A DNA stretch of 64,000 nucleotides from Patescibacteria group bacterium (GTDB lineage Bacteria; Patescibacteriota; Patescibacteriia; GWA2-46-9): the NCBI GenBank assembly GCA_041675205.1, contig JBAYUF010000003.1, positions 111,025 through 175,024 on the forward strand, read 5' to 3'. The notes beneath the pieces are model-generated. The model saw nothing but the letters and a program-made list of their open reading frames with translations. It had not been told where the DNA came from and ran no database searches. This document shows positions 10,246-18,592 of the stretch, one piece after another; the first letter of the stretch is position 1, and the number at the start of each line of letters is the position of its first letter. Position numbers and translations under genes: made by a program.

Positions 10246-11634
10246 TTAGAATGACGGGCCGTTGTTGTCAGCTGAGCGATCCAAGTTGCGGAAGCTGGTT
10301 AGACTTTCGTCGAAGTATAAATCTACTTTTCCAGTCGGACCATTACGATGTTTCTCAATATAAATTTCAGCAATGTTTCGGTCTTCAAGTGACACGGTGT
10401 CGCGCAAGCTTCTGTCCATAGCTTTTCGGTAAATGAACATGACCACATCCGCGTCTTGCTCAATGGCCCCAGATTCCCGTAGGTCGGCGAGCTTCGGAAT
10501 TGACGGGCTTCTAGCCTCAACTGCACGTGATAACTGCGACAAGGCCACAACCGGAATCTGCAGTTCTCGAGCTAGCCCCTTAAGTGCACGGCTGATTTCA
10601 GAAATTTCCTGCACGCGGCTTTCGCTCTTTCCTCTGCCTTCCATGAGCTGTAGGTAGTCGACGATGAGCAGTCCCAAACCTCGCTCCATTTGTAAGCGTC
10701 TGGCTCTGGCGCGAATTTCCATGACGTTCGCCATAGCACCGTCATCAATGTAGATTGGTGCTTCGGCGAGTGCGCCCATGGCGCGGCCAATGCGAGAGAA
10801 ATCGTCATCAGCTCCGCGGTCTGATAAACGGCCGGTGCGCATTTTCCAAAGGTCAACGCCAGCCTCGGCGCAGAGCACACGGTCTACGAGTTGTTCCTTA
10901 GACATTTCTAAACTGAAGATGCCCACTGGAATTTTTTCGTGGAGCGCCACATGGCGAGCAATGTCGAGGGCCAGCGATGTTTTTCCAATTGATGGTCGGG
11001 CGGCGATAATGATGAGGTCAGACTTTTGTAGTCCAGCAAGAATGTTATCGATTTCTTTGTAGCCCGTTGGAATGCCTCGAAGTTTGCCGCTCTGCCGGTG
11101 TAATTCATCAATACGGTCGAAAGCTTCGGTGAGCAGCGACTTCATCGGCGTAAAAATATGCCGCAAGTACTTCTGGGTCACCCGAATGAGTCCTTGTTCA
11201 GCCTTGTCGAGCGTCACTTGCAAATCGTCACTTTCGTCGTACCCAAGGCCAGTGATAGTTGTTCCGGCATCGATGAGTCGGCGAAGCGTTGCTTTTCGTT
11301 GCACAATTTCACCATAGTGACTGACGTGCGATGCGGCTGGTACGCTGTTTGAAAGCGATGCGAGGTAGCTGCGCCCACCAACCTTTTCTAGAACACCTTG
11401 CTCTTCAAGACGGGTGCTTAAGCTCAGAACGTCGATTGGCTCTTGCTTGGCAAATAAGCTGAGCATCGACTCATAAATAAGACGATGTTGGTCTTTATAG
11501 AAATCATCAGGTGTCACCGAGTCGGCCACCTTAACGATGGCTTCTTTTGATAGCAAAATTGAGCCGAGCAGTGATTGCTCAGCCTCGATGCTTTGCGGCG
11601 GTATTTTGGCGACTCCTGAATTATTATCTGCCAT
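10246..11634 (-). CDS. dnaB: Replicative DNA helicase DnaB
   Basis: PPQSIEAEQ, ARPSIGKT, VDYLQL, LSQLSR, DLRESGAIEQDAD, KHRNGPTG. Confidence 0.97.
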   Translation of the reverse strand: MADNNSGVAKIPPQSIEAEQSLLGSILLSKEAIVKVADSVTPDDFYKDQHRLIYESMLSLFAKQEPIDVLSLSTRLEEQGVLEKVGGRSYLASLSNSVPAASHVSHYGEIVQRKATLRRLIDAGTTITGLGYDESDDLQVTLDKAEQGLIRVTQKYLRHIFTPMKSLLTEAFDRIDELHRQSGKLRGIPTGYKEIDNILAGLQKSDLIIIAARPSIGKTSLALDIARHVALHEKIPVGIFSLEMSKEQLVDRVLCAEAGVDLWKMRTGRLSDRGADDDFSRIGRAMGALAEAPIYIDDGAMANVMEIRARARRLQMERGLGLLIVDYLQLMEGRGKSESRVQEISEISRALKGLARELQIPVVALSQLSRAVEARSPSIPKLADLRESGAIEQDADVVMFIYRKAMDRSLRDTVSLEDRNIAEIYIEKHRNGPTGKVDLYFDESLTSFRNLDRSADNNGPSF

Positions 11635-11717
11635 AGGTAGTTCATGTACTGTACGCCTGCTTTACGCTTCATTCAAGTTGCGCTTTTGTCTGGTATTTCG
11701 TATATTTCGTCGCATGC

Positions 11718-11789
11718 GCTCCGGTAGCTCAGTGGTAGAGCAGTGGCCTTTTAAGCCAATGGTCGCAGGTTCGATCCCTGCCCGGGGCA
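11718..11789 (+). tRNA. tRNA-Lys(TTT), CCA not encoded
   Basis: Cloverleaf with acceptor GCTCCGG/CCGGGGC, anticodon loop CT-TTT-AA, T arm GCAGG-TTCGATC-CCTGC. Confidence 0.93.
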
Positions 11790-11925
11790 AAAAACCTTAA
11801 GGACAACCCGTCGGGTTTTCCTTAATATTCCTTTCCTTCAGCACAGGTCGCTCGTTTCTTCTTCCGCGCAGTAGCAGGCTTTGCCCTACCGCCACCGTGC
11901 TCAGAAGAAACTCGCTATGATTTGA
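11790..11925 (+). repeat. tRNA-trailer structured element, family B copy 1
   Basis: Similar to 16070-16211 (minus) and 18593-18786; hairpin ttaaggacaaccc-gtc-gggttttccttaa, then nested stems. Confidence 0.8.
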
Positions 11926-11926
11926 A

Positions 11927-12493
11927 ATGAACAAAAAAATTACTCTATTCATATTCGTAACTCTTGTCGCTCTGCTCATTGTGGGTGTGAGCTATTTTTT
12001 ATTTACAAAAGAAGTGGTTAAAGTTCCGGATGAAACGCAGCCGATTGTAAATGTGCCAGTGGAGTCATTACCGCCAGAGCCGGTAATGGTTAGCGAAGAG
12101 AGTACTGTTTCTGTTGCTACAGATAAGTCAGTCTATGCACTTGGAGAAACAATTCCAGCCATGGTTACAAATAATACCGAGTCGGCTATATGGCTGAGTA
12201 CCGCTTGCGGTATGCCTATAACGTTATTGAGGAAGAATGGCGAGACGTGGGAGCCTCATGGCGCATACCCTACAAAACGTTGCGCAGCCACCGCACCAAG
12301 TGTCGAATCTGGCGAAACGGTTAGTTACGTCTTGGATTTAGAAAATATGTACGCCCACACTTTTTTCAAAATTGAGCCTGGAACCTATAAGGTTGAAGTG
12401 GAGCATACGATTGTTGACGGAAAACTTTGGCCTGTAGCAAATTTTAGTTTTTTGAAGTCACAATCAGAAGAATTTAGAATTGTTCAGAAGTAG
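11927..12493 (+). CDS. Hypothetical membrane-anchored/exported protein, possibly Ig-like
   Basis: N-terminal TM helix, Pro-rich linker, beta-rich domain (TDKSVY..GET..VTN; EPGTYKVEV). Confidence 0.7.
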   Translation: MNKKITLFIFVTLVALLIVGVSYFLFTKEVVKVPDETQPIVNVPVESLPPEPVMVSEESTVSVATDKSVYALGETIPAMVTNNTESAIWLSTACGMPITLLRKNGETWEPHGAYPTKRCAATAPSVESGETVSYVLDLENMYAHTFFKIEPGTYKVEVEHTIVDGKLWPVANFSFLKSQSEEFRIVQK

Positions 12494-12497
12494 TTTT

Positions 12498-13226
12498 ATG
12501 GACTCAACAAAACTTCTTTATCTCGAAGATTTTAATCTCTACGCTGGCACCGCTACTGTTTTAGGGATAATTGACGAAGAAGAAAGAAAGGTTATTTATT
12601 TGAATCAAACTATCTTTTACCCGCAAGGTGGTGGTCAGCCATATGACCAGGGCATAATTGAAAATGCCTCTGGGAAATTTTTAGTCGAAGAAGTACGTTT
12701 TGTTGAAGGGATTGTCAGACATGTAGGTTCATTTGAATCGGGCGATTTTAAAGAAGGTGAAATCGTTCAATGCTCGATCGATAAAACTCGTCGGGTGCTC
12801 AATAGTCGTCTCCATTCGGCTGGTCATGTTGTTGATATGGCCGTAAGTGCCCTAAAGCTCAATTGGGTTCCTGGTAAGGGATATCACTTTCCGAACGGTC
12901 CTTACGTCGAGTATGAAGCAAGCTTGGAAGGCTTAGACAAAGAAAAGTTGAGAACCAGTATCGAAGATTCATGTAATAATTTTGTTGCTGAAAATAGGAC
13001 AACAAAGCTCCTTTTCATACCAAAGGAGAAAATGCACGAAGTTTGTCACCATGTACCCGATTATTTACCTGAAGGTAAGCCAGCGCGGGTCGTGATGTAT
13101 GGGGATTTCGGTGTTCCTTGTGGTGGTACCCATGTCAGTAATTTATTATCCATTGGGCATATAGTGATTAGAAAAATTAAGTCCCAAGGTGACACTACTC
13201 GTGTGTCCTATGATGTCGATAGGTAA
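12498..13226 (+). CDS. AlaX-family trans-editing protein (misacylated tRNA-Ala deacylase)
   Basis: TIFYPQGGGQPYDQG, HSAGH, PCGGTH; no aminoacylation domain. Confidence 0.9.
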   Translation: MDSTKLLYLEDFNLYAGTATVLGIIDEEERKVIYLNQTIFYPQGGGQPYDQGIIENASGKFLVEEVRFVEGIVRHVGSFESGDFKEGEIVQCSIDKTRRVLNSRLHSAGHVVDMAVSALKLNWVPGKGYHFPNGPYVEYEASLEGLDKEKLRTSIEDSCNNFVAENRTTKLLFIPKEKMHEVCHHVPDYLPEGKPARVVMYGDFGVPCGGTHVSNLLSIGHIVIRKIKSQGDTTRVSYDVDR

Positions 13227-13273
13227 AATGAATTTATTGCGGTAGGTCATTAAATTCCGTATGATAACCGTAC

Positions 13274-13936
13274 ATGAAAACAAATCTACCCATTACCCTC
13301 CGCGATAGTGAAACTGTACTCTTGGTGTGTCGGGAGCACTGGCTGAAATTGGCTGGTACGATTCTCGGCATCGCTATAATTTTTCTTTTACCCTTTTTTT
13401 TCCTAGCACCACTTTTTGATCTTGGCGTCATCGGCATCGCCGTTTTTGGATTCGTCATTTTTTGCTGCGCTTTTTACGCAATTCGCGAGTACTTTCGCTG
13501 GGACAGAACGCAGCTTGTTATTACCACAGCTCGTTTAGCGTACGTTGACCAACAGGGGTTGGTAACTCGTTTGATTGTAGAAGTTTTCTACCCACACTTG
13601 TTAGATGTAGAGCAGCAAACGAAAGGGGTACTGCAGACGCTTGGCAAATACGGCACGCTCTATATTCGAGCGGCCGGTCGACCAGAGGCGCTCGTAGTGG
13701 CGAACGTTCCGAAGCCTGCCGCAGTTCGCCAAGTTCTGCTTGATGCGCGCGATGCCTCGCTTGGTAGTCGTACGCAAGCGACCAAAGGTAGCTGGTGGTG
13801 GCAGCGTTTTACTGCCATGGAGCCAGTGGAGCAGCAACAGATGCTAGAACGGCTTTTCAGTAAAGTTGACGAGAGCACAATGCGTGATCTTTTCCGACCC
13901 GGAGTTTCGTCACCAGACACTGACGTTACAGAATGA
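13274..13936 (+). CDS. Membrane protein with a bacterial PH-like domain
   Basis: REHW, two TM helices, LVITTARL..VDQQG, YGTLYI. Confidence 0.7.
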   Translation: MKTNLPITLRDSETVLLVCREHWLKLAGTILGIAIIFLLPFFFLAPLFDLGVIGIAVFGFVIFCCAFYAIREYFRWDRTQLVITTARLAYVDQQGLVTRLIVEVFYPHLLDVEQQTKGVLQTLGKYGTLYIRAAGRPEALVVANVPKPAAVRQVLLDARDASLGSRTQATKGSWWWQRFTAMEPVEQQQMLERLFSKVDESTMRDLFRPGVSSPDTDVTE

Positions 13937-14316
13937 AGAATCTTCGAGCGCTGCTTCCAACAAGAAGTGAAGCCATGCCCTGGCTCTTGGGGTTGTTTTT
14001 AGTAGCGTTACTAGTTGGTAACACGCGTCTTCTTATTCGCCGACAGCAAATCAAGACCGAAGTGGCCGAGCTTAATGAGAAAGCCACTGAATTACAGCGG
14101 TCCAACCAGCAATTGCAATCGCTCTTGTCATACGTACAAACAGATACGTACACTGAAGAGCAAGCTAGGGTACGATTTAATTTAGCGAAACCCGGCGAGA
14201 AGCTATTTATTTTGCCGCAAGAGGGCGAGGAACTTGCGGCGGGTGGTGAGGAGCCAGCAACCGAGTCGGGTAGTCTAATCGCAAAATGGTGGAGATTCTT
14301 TTTTGTAAAACAATAG
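13933..14316 (+). CDS. Septum formation initiator (FtsB/DivIC family)
   Basis: TM helix, coiled coil and EEQARVRFNLAKPGE. Confidence 0.85.
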   Translation: MKNLRALLPTRSEAMPWLLGLFLVALLVGNTRLLIRRQQIKTEVAELNEKATELQRSNQQLQSLLSYVQTDTYTEEQARVRFNLAKPGEKLFILPQEGEELAAGGEEPATESGSLIAKWWRFFFVKQ

Positions 14317-14317
14317 T

Positions 14318-15262
14318 ATGGCTGACAAAAACAACAAACCAGCAGCGATAACACCGGAAGAAAAAAAACACATGCACGATGTTGTTATAGAGTGGATAGG
14401 GGACACAGAGAAAGAAGAGAAGGAAAAAGCAAAGCCGCGTGTAAAAAAATCTGCACCACCGGTAGTCAAACCAAAAGAGGTTGCACAGCAGCCCGTGGTT
14501 ATGAAGCCTGCACCAGAGCCGAAACCAAAACCTAAGCCAGAAGTTGTCGTTAACCCTTTTGCTGCCGTTGAAACAACTGAAGAAGGTTACGCAGCCCCTA
14601 AAGAGATAACGAGCCCAACACCAGTACTCATGTTGCCAAAGCCGCACGTGCGACTACTGCCGATACTGTATAAGATTGCGCTCGCCTGTTTTATTGCTGT
14701 AGTTCTGACAGCGGGTGTAAGTGCGAAGTACAAAAAGTTTGATTACCCGTATCGGTATGCGCTTTCCTTTGTGCCACTGCCGTACGCCTCTCTTGGGACG
14801 CACCCAGTATTACTGAGTAAGGTCTTGGATGAAGCGGATGCAGTGAATAAATTTTATCAGCAGCAAAGCATCCCAGAATCCGCTCGGCCTTCCTTGGCAG
14901 CCATGCGTGATCAAGTGGCGAGTGAAGCCTTACGGCGCGCAGCGGCGAACGCCATAGCGGGTCGTTATGATGTTCGGGTTAGTAATAGTGAGCTTGCGGA
15001 AGCAACACAGAAACTCATCACAGAAGCTGGCTCACGCGAAATAGCTGAAGACGCTATAAAAAATCTTTGGGGGTGGAGCCTCAGAGATTACCAGCAAAAT
15101 GTCATTGAGCCCTATCTCTTGAAGCAAAAACTTGCTGAGGCATTAGCTAAGGATCCTTTAACAAGTCGCTTAATTCCACCAGGTAGCGATGGAGAGGTAA
15201 TTGATAATTATTTGGATACTATTGTGGAAAGTCGAGCGAGGATTTATTTGCCATTGCAGTAG
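14318..15262 (+). CDS. Membrane-anchored protein with a SurA N-terminal-like helical domain
   Basis: Pro/Lys-rich N-terminus, TM helix, helical domain (VRVSNSEL, LWGWSLRDY). Confidence 0.6.
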   Translation: MADKNNKPAAITPEEKKHMHDVVIEWIGDTEKEEKEKAKPRVKKSAPPVVKPKEVAQQPVVMKPAPEPKPKPKPEVVVNPFAAVETTEEGYAAPKEITSPTPVLMLPKPHVRLLPILYKIALACFIAVVLTAGVSAKYKKFDYPYRYALSFVPLPYASLGTHPVLLSKVLDEADAVNKFYQQQSIPESARPSLAAMRDQVASEALRRAAANAIAGRYDVRVSNSELAEATQKLITEAGSREIAEDAIKNLWGWSLRDYQQNVIEPYLLKQKLAEALAKDPLTSRLIPPGSDGEVIDNYLDTIVESRARIYLPLQ

Positions 15263-15279
15263 CGCTTACGTACATGTAT

Positions 15280-15307
15280 TTGACTTTTCTAGGTTTTTCT
15301 GTATAAT
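15280..15307 (+). promoter_or_regulatory. Sigma70-type promoter of the small acidic ORF
   Basis: TTGACT-16 bp-TATAAT. Confidence 0.65.
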
Positions 15308-15334
15308 AACTTTCTTATTTATTAATTAATTTAT

Positions 15335-15523
15335 ATGGAAGAAGAAAAAAAGGTAATTCCCGAGGATTGGAACGCAGATGACGAGTCAGCAGAGTCTGAA
15401 CCAGTGGCTGACGAAAATGCGTTAGAGCATGGGCCACGTATTCCGGCAGATGTTGAAGAGCTTGAAAATGGGCCACGTGTTCCAGCAGACTGGAATAAGC
15501 CAGAAGCAGAAGAAGTAGAATAA
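15335..15523 (+). CDS. Small acidic protein with internal repeats
   Basis: 62 aa; own promoter and terminator; LEHGPRIPAD/LENGPRVPAD repeat. Confidence 0.75.
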   Translation: MEEEKKVIPEDWNADDESAESEPVADENALEHGPRIPADVEELENGPRVPADWNKPEAEEVE

Positions 15524-15540
15524 AATCGAAGTTGAGGAAT

Positions 15541-15570
15541 AAAAAATACCGGCGAGAGCCGGTATTTTTT
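15541..15570. terminator. Bidirectional rho-independent terminator
   Basis: aaaaaataccggc-gaga-gccggtatttttt between convergent genes. Confidence 0.9.
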
Positions 15571-15595
15571 GTATGCGTGACGAGAACAGAGGTTT

Positions 15596-15838
15596 TTAAC
15601 GGTTTTCTATTGAGTCCAGCCGCTGCCGTATGGCGTACAGGTGTGCTTTTGTAAGATCGTCATCCAGTGCGTGTGGGTCACTGGCAACGCGTTCAGCAAT
15701 GATGTCTAAAGCATGCTTTGCTTCGTACGCAAGCATTCGGGTTGCTGTTTCCTCTTTTGGGTCTGTGGTTTCAGCTTCGGGAAGAGGAGCGTTCCAATCA
15801 CGTTGATTCATAGAGCCTTCAGATTCACGTGGGGCCAT
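15596..15838 (-). CDS. Hypothetical small protein
   Basis: ORF ending at the bidirectional terminator; start uncertain (15838 or 15889). Confidence 0.6.
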   Translation of the reverse strand: MAPRESEGSMNQRDWNAPLPEAETTDPKEETATRMLAYEAKHALDIIAERVASDPHALDDDLTKAHLYAIRQRLDSIENR

Positions 15839-15987
15839 AACTTTAGGGTTAAATAATAAGAAAAACATTGTATCTATCCTAAGATCCACTGCTGTCTTTT
15901 CTACGCGGGATTACTGATCCTTCGCTGCGTATGTATGGCCAAGTCTGACTTGGCTGCGCTCGTCTAACGAAAGCGAGTTAGACTCGC

Positions 15988-16063
15988 TGGAGCCGAAGGT
16001 GGGAATCGAACCCACGACCTCTACTTTACGAAAGTATTGCTCTACCAACTGAGCTACTTCGGC
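15988..16063 (-). tRNA. tRNA-Thr(CGT)
   Basis: Reverse complement GCCGAAG...TT-CGT-AA...GTGGG-TTCGATT-CCCAC-CTTCGGC-T-CCA. Confidence 0.93.
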
Positions 16064-16069
16064 GCATTC

Positions 16070-16211
16070 TTTTCTGTCTTCAAACGATAGTGAGTTTTTC
16101 TGAGCACGGCGGCGGTAGGGCATCGCCTGCTGTCGCGCGGAAGAAAAACGAACGGCCTCATGAGAAGGGAGGGAGTAAGGGGGGAACCGGAAGGTTCACC
16201 CTTGAGCTTTT
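16070..16211 (-). repeat. tRNA-trailer structured element, family B copy 2 (3' of tRNA-Gly)
   Basis: Reverse complement ...cttccgcgcgacagcaggcgatgccctaccgccgccgtgctcagaaaaactc aligns with 11861-11913. Confidence 0.8.
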
Positions 16212-16282
16212 AGCGGGATACGGGAATCGAACCCGTACTTAAACCTTGGGAAGGTCTCGTACTACCACTATACTAATCCCGC
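16212..16282 (-). tRNA. tRNA-Gly(CCC), CCA not encoded
   Basis: Reverse complement GCGGGAT...AGACC-TT-CCC-AA-GGTTT...ACGGG-TTCGATT-CCCGT-ATCCCGC-T. Confidence 0.93.
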
Positions 16283-16297
16283 ACTTTGGGCAGTACG

Positions 16298-16403
16298 CCA
16301 TATGGCGTACGCTATACGATAACACAAAACTCATGGTGTCCTGAGCGTAGTCGAAGGACCATATCCCATACGGCGTACGCTATACGATAACACAAAACTC
16401 ATG
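16298..16403. repeat. 38 bp direct repeat (2 copies, 1 mismatch) flanking a 30 bp spacer
   Basis: ccata(t/c)ggcgtacgctatacgataacacaaaactcatg at 16298-16335 and 16366-16403. Confidence 0.9.
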
Positions 16404-16433
16404 ATTTTTTATGATTGATTCTGAGCGGTCTTA

Positions 16434-16555
16434 CTATTAGCTATTTGCTATTTGCTATTCGCCACTTAGAATTTGCTATACTATAGGTAACAGTGCTGGG
16501 AATGACAAGGAGTAGATAAGCTATACGCCGTACGCAATACGCTGTACACATTACA
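16434..16555. repeat. Degenerate heptamer tandem repeats upstream of ftsE
   Basis: ctattag-ctatttg-ctatttg-ctattcg (16434-16461); ctatacg-ccgtacg-caatacg-ctgtaca (16521-16548). Confidence 0.75.
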
Positions 16556-16567
16556 CGTTAGCAAAGA

Positions 16568-17287
16568 ATGAAAAAAGAAGAAGTACAAAACTCAAAATCA
16601 AACAGAATGGTTTCATTACGTACGGTCAGTAAACATTATCCAGATGGAACGATTGCACTTCGGGGAGTGACGTTCGACGTCGAACCCGGAGATTTTATAT
16701 CTATTGTCGGTCGCTCTGGCGCTGGAAAGAGCACTCTGGTGCGAGTACTCCTCGCTGAAGAGCGGGTTACACGAGGGCAGGTCTCCATTGGTGGCTGGGA
16801 TATTACCGACATCGCTTCTCGGGATGTTGCTAATTTGCGGCGTCAAATTGGGGTCGTTTTTCAAGACTATAAACTACTGCCCAGAAAAACAGTGCTAGAA
16901 AATGTTGCCTTCGCTCTTGAAGTTTGTGGCATTCCGTCACGCCGCATTAACGAGGTTGTTCCGCAAATGTTGAAGTTGGTTGGTTTGGAAGGAAAGCGCC
17001 ACCAGTTTCCAGAGCAGCTTTCCGGTGGTGAGCAGCAACGGGTGAGCATTGCGCGAGCGCTTGTGCATCAGCCGAGACTTTTAATAGCTGACGAACCAAC
17101 GGGTAACCTCGACACTATTAACACGCAAGAAATAATTGAGCTTCTTAGAAAGATTAATCAGCTTGGAACAACTGTGCTTTTGGTTACGCACAATCGAGAT
17201 GTGGTGAACGCACTGAAACGCCGAGTCATAACGTTAGATGGGGGAGCAGTTGTGTCTGATCAATCAGTTGGTCGTTACGTTTTGTAA
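16568..17287 (+). CDS. ftsE: Cell division ATP-binding protein FtsE
   Basis: GRSGAGKST, IGVVFQDYKLL, LSGGEQQRV, ADEPTGNLD; directly upstream of ftsX. Confidence 0.93.
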   Translation: MKKEEVQNSKSNRMVSLRTVSKHYPDGTIALRGVTFDVEPGDFISIVGRSGAGKSTLVRVLLAEERVTRGQVSIGGWDITDIASRDVANLRRQIGVVFQDYKLLPRKTVLENVAFALEVCGIPSRRINEVVPQMLKLVGLEGKRHQFPEQLSGGEQQRVSIARALVHQPRLLIADEPTGNLDTINTQEIIELLRKINQLGTTVLLVTHNRDVVNALKRRVITLDGGAVVSDQSVGRYVL

Positions 17288-17288
17288 T

Positions 17289-18203
17289 ATGTTGACCGCC
17301 CTACTTAGAGTTGGAAAATTTGCCGTGCAATCAATGGTGCGGAATATCTGGCTGACCATTGCAACATTTAGCACCGTTGCGCTTACCGTGTTGGCGCTTA
17401 GCTCGCTGTTAGCGGTAAACGTTGCAGTGAACCAAATCGTGGCTTCGGTTGAGGATCGCATTAACGTAACCCTTTTCTTGCACCCTGTTACCACAGAGTC
17501 GCAAGCTAATTCTTTTATTTTAGCCATCAATGCCTTGCCTGACGTTTCGAACGTAACATTTCAAACCAGAGAACAAGTCTTGGCCGAGCAACTAGCAAGT
17601 GGGGACCCGGTTGTTTTGAAGTCGCTTGAGGCACTCGGTGAAAACCCATTTGGTCCGGCGGTCACGGTAGAGTCAAAATCGCCGGAAGGGTATTTACGCA
17701 TCATCCAAGAATTGCAGCAGCCGCAATTTGCAAACCTTATTGAAGGGGAGCAGAAGAATTTTGAAGAGAACCAGGCGTTCTTAAATGGATTGAATTCGTT
17801 TGCCAAGAAAATACGACTGGCAGGACTGGTAGTGGTTTGCTTCTTTGTTTTAATCAGTGCGTTAATGGTGTTTAACGCCATTCGGGTTGCCATATACACG
17901 CAGCGACAGGAAATAGGCGTTATGAGGCTTGTAGGGGCGTCTGTGGCCTTCATTCGTGGCCCGTTACTGTTAGAGCTAGTGTTTTACGCCATTGGCGCAG
18001 TGGTCATTGCAAATGGGGTAATCATCTATATCTTCAAGCTGGCGCAAGGTAGCTTTGATAGTTACTTCGGGCCCGGCATTATAAATGTGTCGAGCTACTT
18101 TATAGAGAACGCTCCAGCAATAATGGGTGCTGAGTTCCTCCTCATTTCGGTGCTTGGTTCATTAAGCACATATTTGGCTATACGGAGGCACCTTAATAGC
18201 TAA
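17289..18203 (+). CDS. ftsX: Cell division permease FtsX
   Basis: RNIWLT, NAIRVAIYTQRQEIGVMRLVGAS..FIRGP; four TM helices. Confidence 0.92.
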   Translation: MLTALLRVGKFAVQSMVRNIWLTIATFSTVALTVLALSSLLAVNVAVNQIVASVEDRINVTLFLHPVTTESQANSFILAINALPDVSNVTFQTREQVLAEQLASGDPVVLKSLEALGENPFGPAVTVESKSPEGYLRIIQELQQPQFANLIEGEQKNFEENQAFLNGLNSFAKKIRLAGLVVVCFFVLISALMVFNAIRVAIYTQRQEIGVMRLVGASVAFIRGPLLLELVFYAIGAVVIANGVIIYIFKLAQGSFDSYFGPGIINVSSYFIENAPAIMGAEFLLISVLGSLSTYLAIRRHLNS

Positions 18204-18358
18204 TAGCGCGTGGCAAATAGCAAATGGCTGGCGCAGGAACGGGTGCAAGGCGCGGGAGAGAAGGTTTACAGTATTGAGTAAATAGCGTATAGAAAATAGC
18301 TAATAGCACTGAGTGATGAGCCTTCCATAGGCCATTTGCTAACGGCTATTTGCCACCC
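18194..18358. repeat. Degenerate heptamer repeats (aaatagc) with an inverted set (gctattt)
   Basis: taatagc-taatagc-gcgtggc-aaatagc-aaatggc at 18194-18228; more at 18280-18307; inverted gccattt-gctaacg-gctattt-gccac at 18331-18356. Confidence 0.75.
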
Positions 18359-18361
18359 TGG

Positions 18362-18435
18362 TGGGGGATCGTCTAATGGTAGGACAGCGGCCTTTGAAGC
18401 CGTGAATCATGGTTCGAATCCATGTCCCCCAGCCA
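18362..18435 (+). tRNA. tRNA-Gln(TTG)
   Basis: TGGGGGA/TCCCCCA acceptor, CT-TTG-AA loop, CATGG-TTCGAAT-CCATG, GCCA end. Confidence 0.95.
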
Positions 18436-18592
18436 AAAAATCTTTAACCCCTGGCGGGTTGGAGATTTTTTGTTTGAGAGATATGATGGATTCGAACCAG
18501 AGGCGAAGGGGTTCCGCCAGAGGCGGACAAGCTAGAGAAGCGATTGACGATGGTTCTAGTCCCGTGAAGCGGGACGGAATCATGTCCCCCAG
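18436..18592 (+). repeat. tRNA-Gln trailer unit, family A copy 1, ending in a duplicated tRNA 3' end
   Basis: Terminator-like hairpin, atggattcgaacca, ends catgtcccccag; homologous to 18787-18946. Confidence 0.85.

Noticed and set aside
16298-16403. Mini-CRISPR array (38 bp repeat, 30 bp spacer)
   Set aside because: Only two repeats, no cas genes in the window, the repeat is built from local heptamers and the spacer is itself a palindromic element
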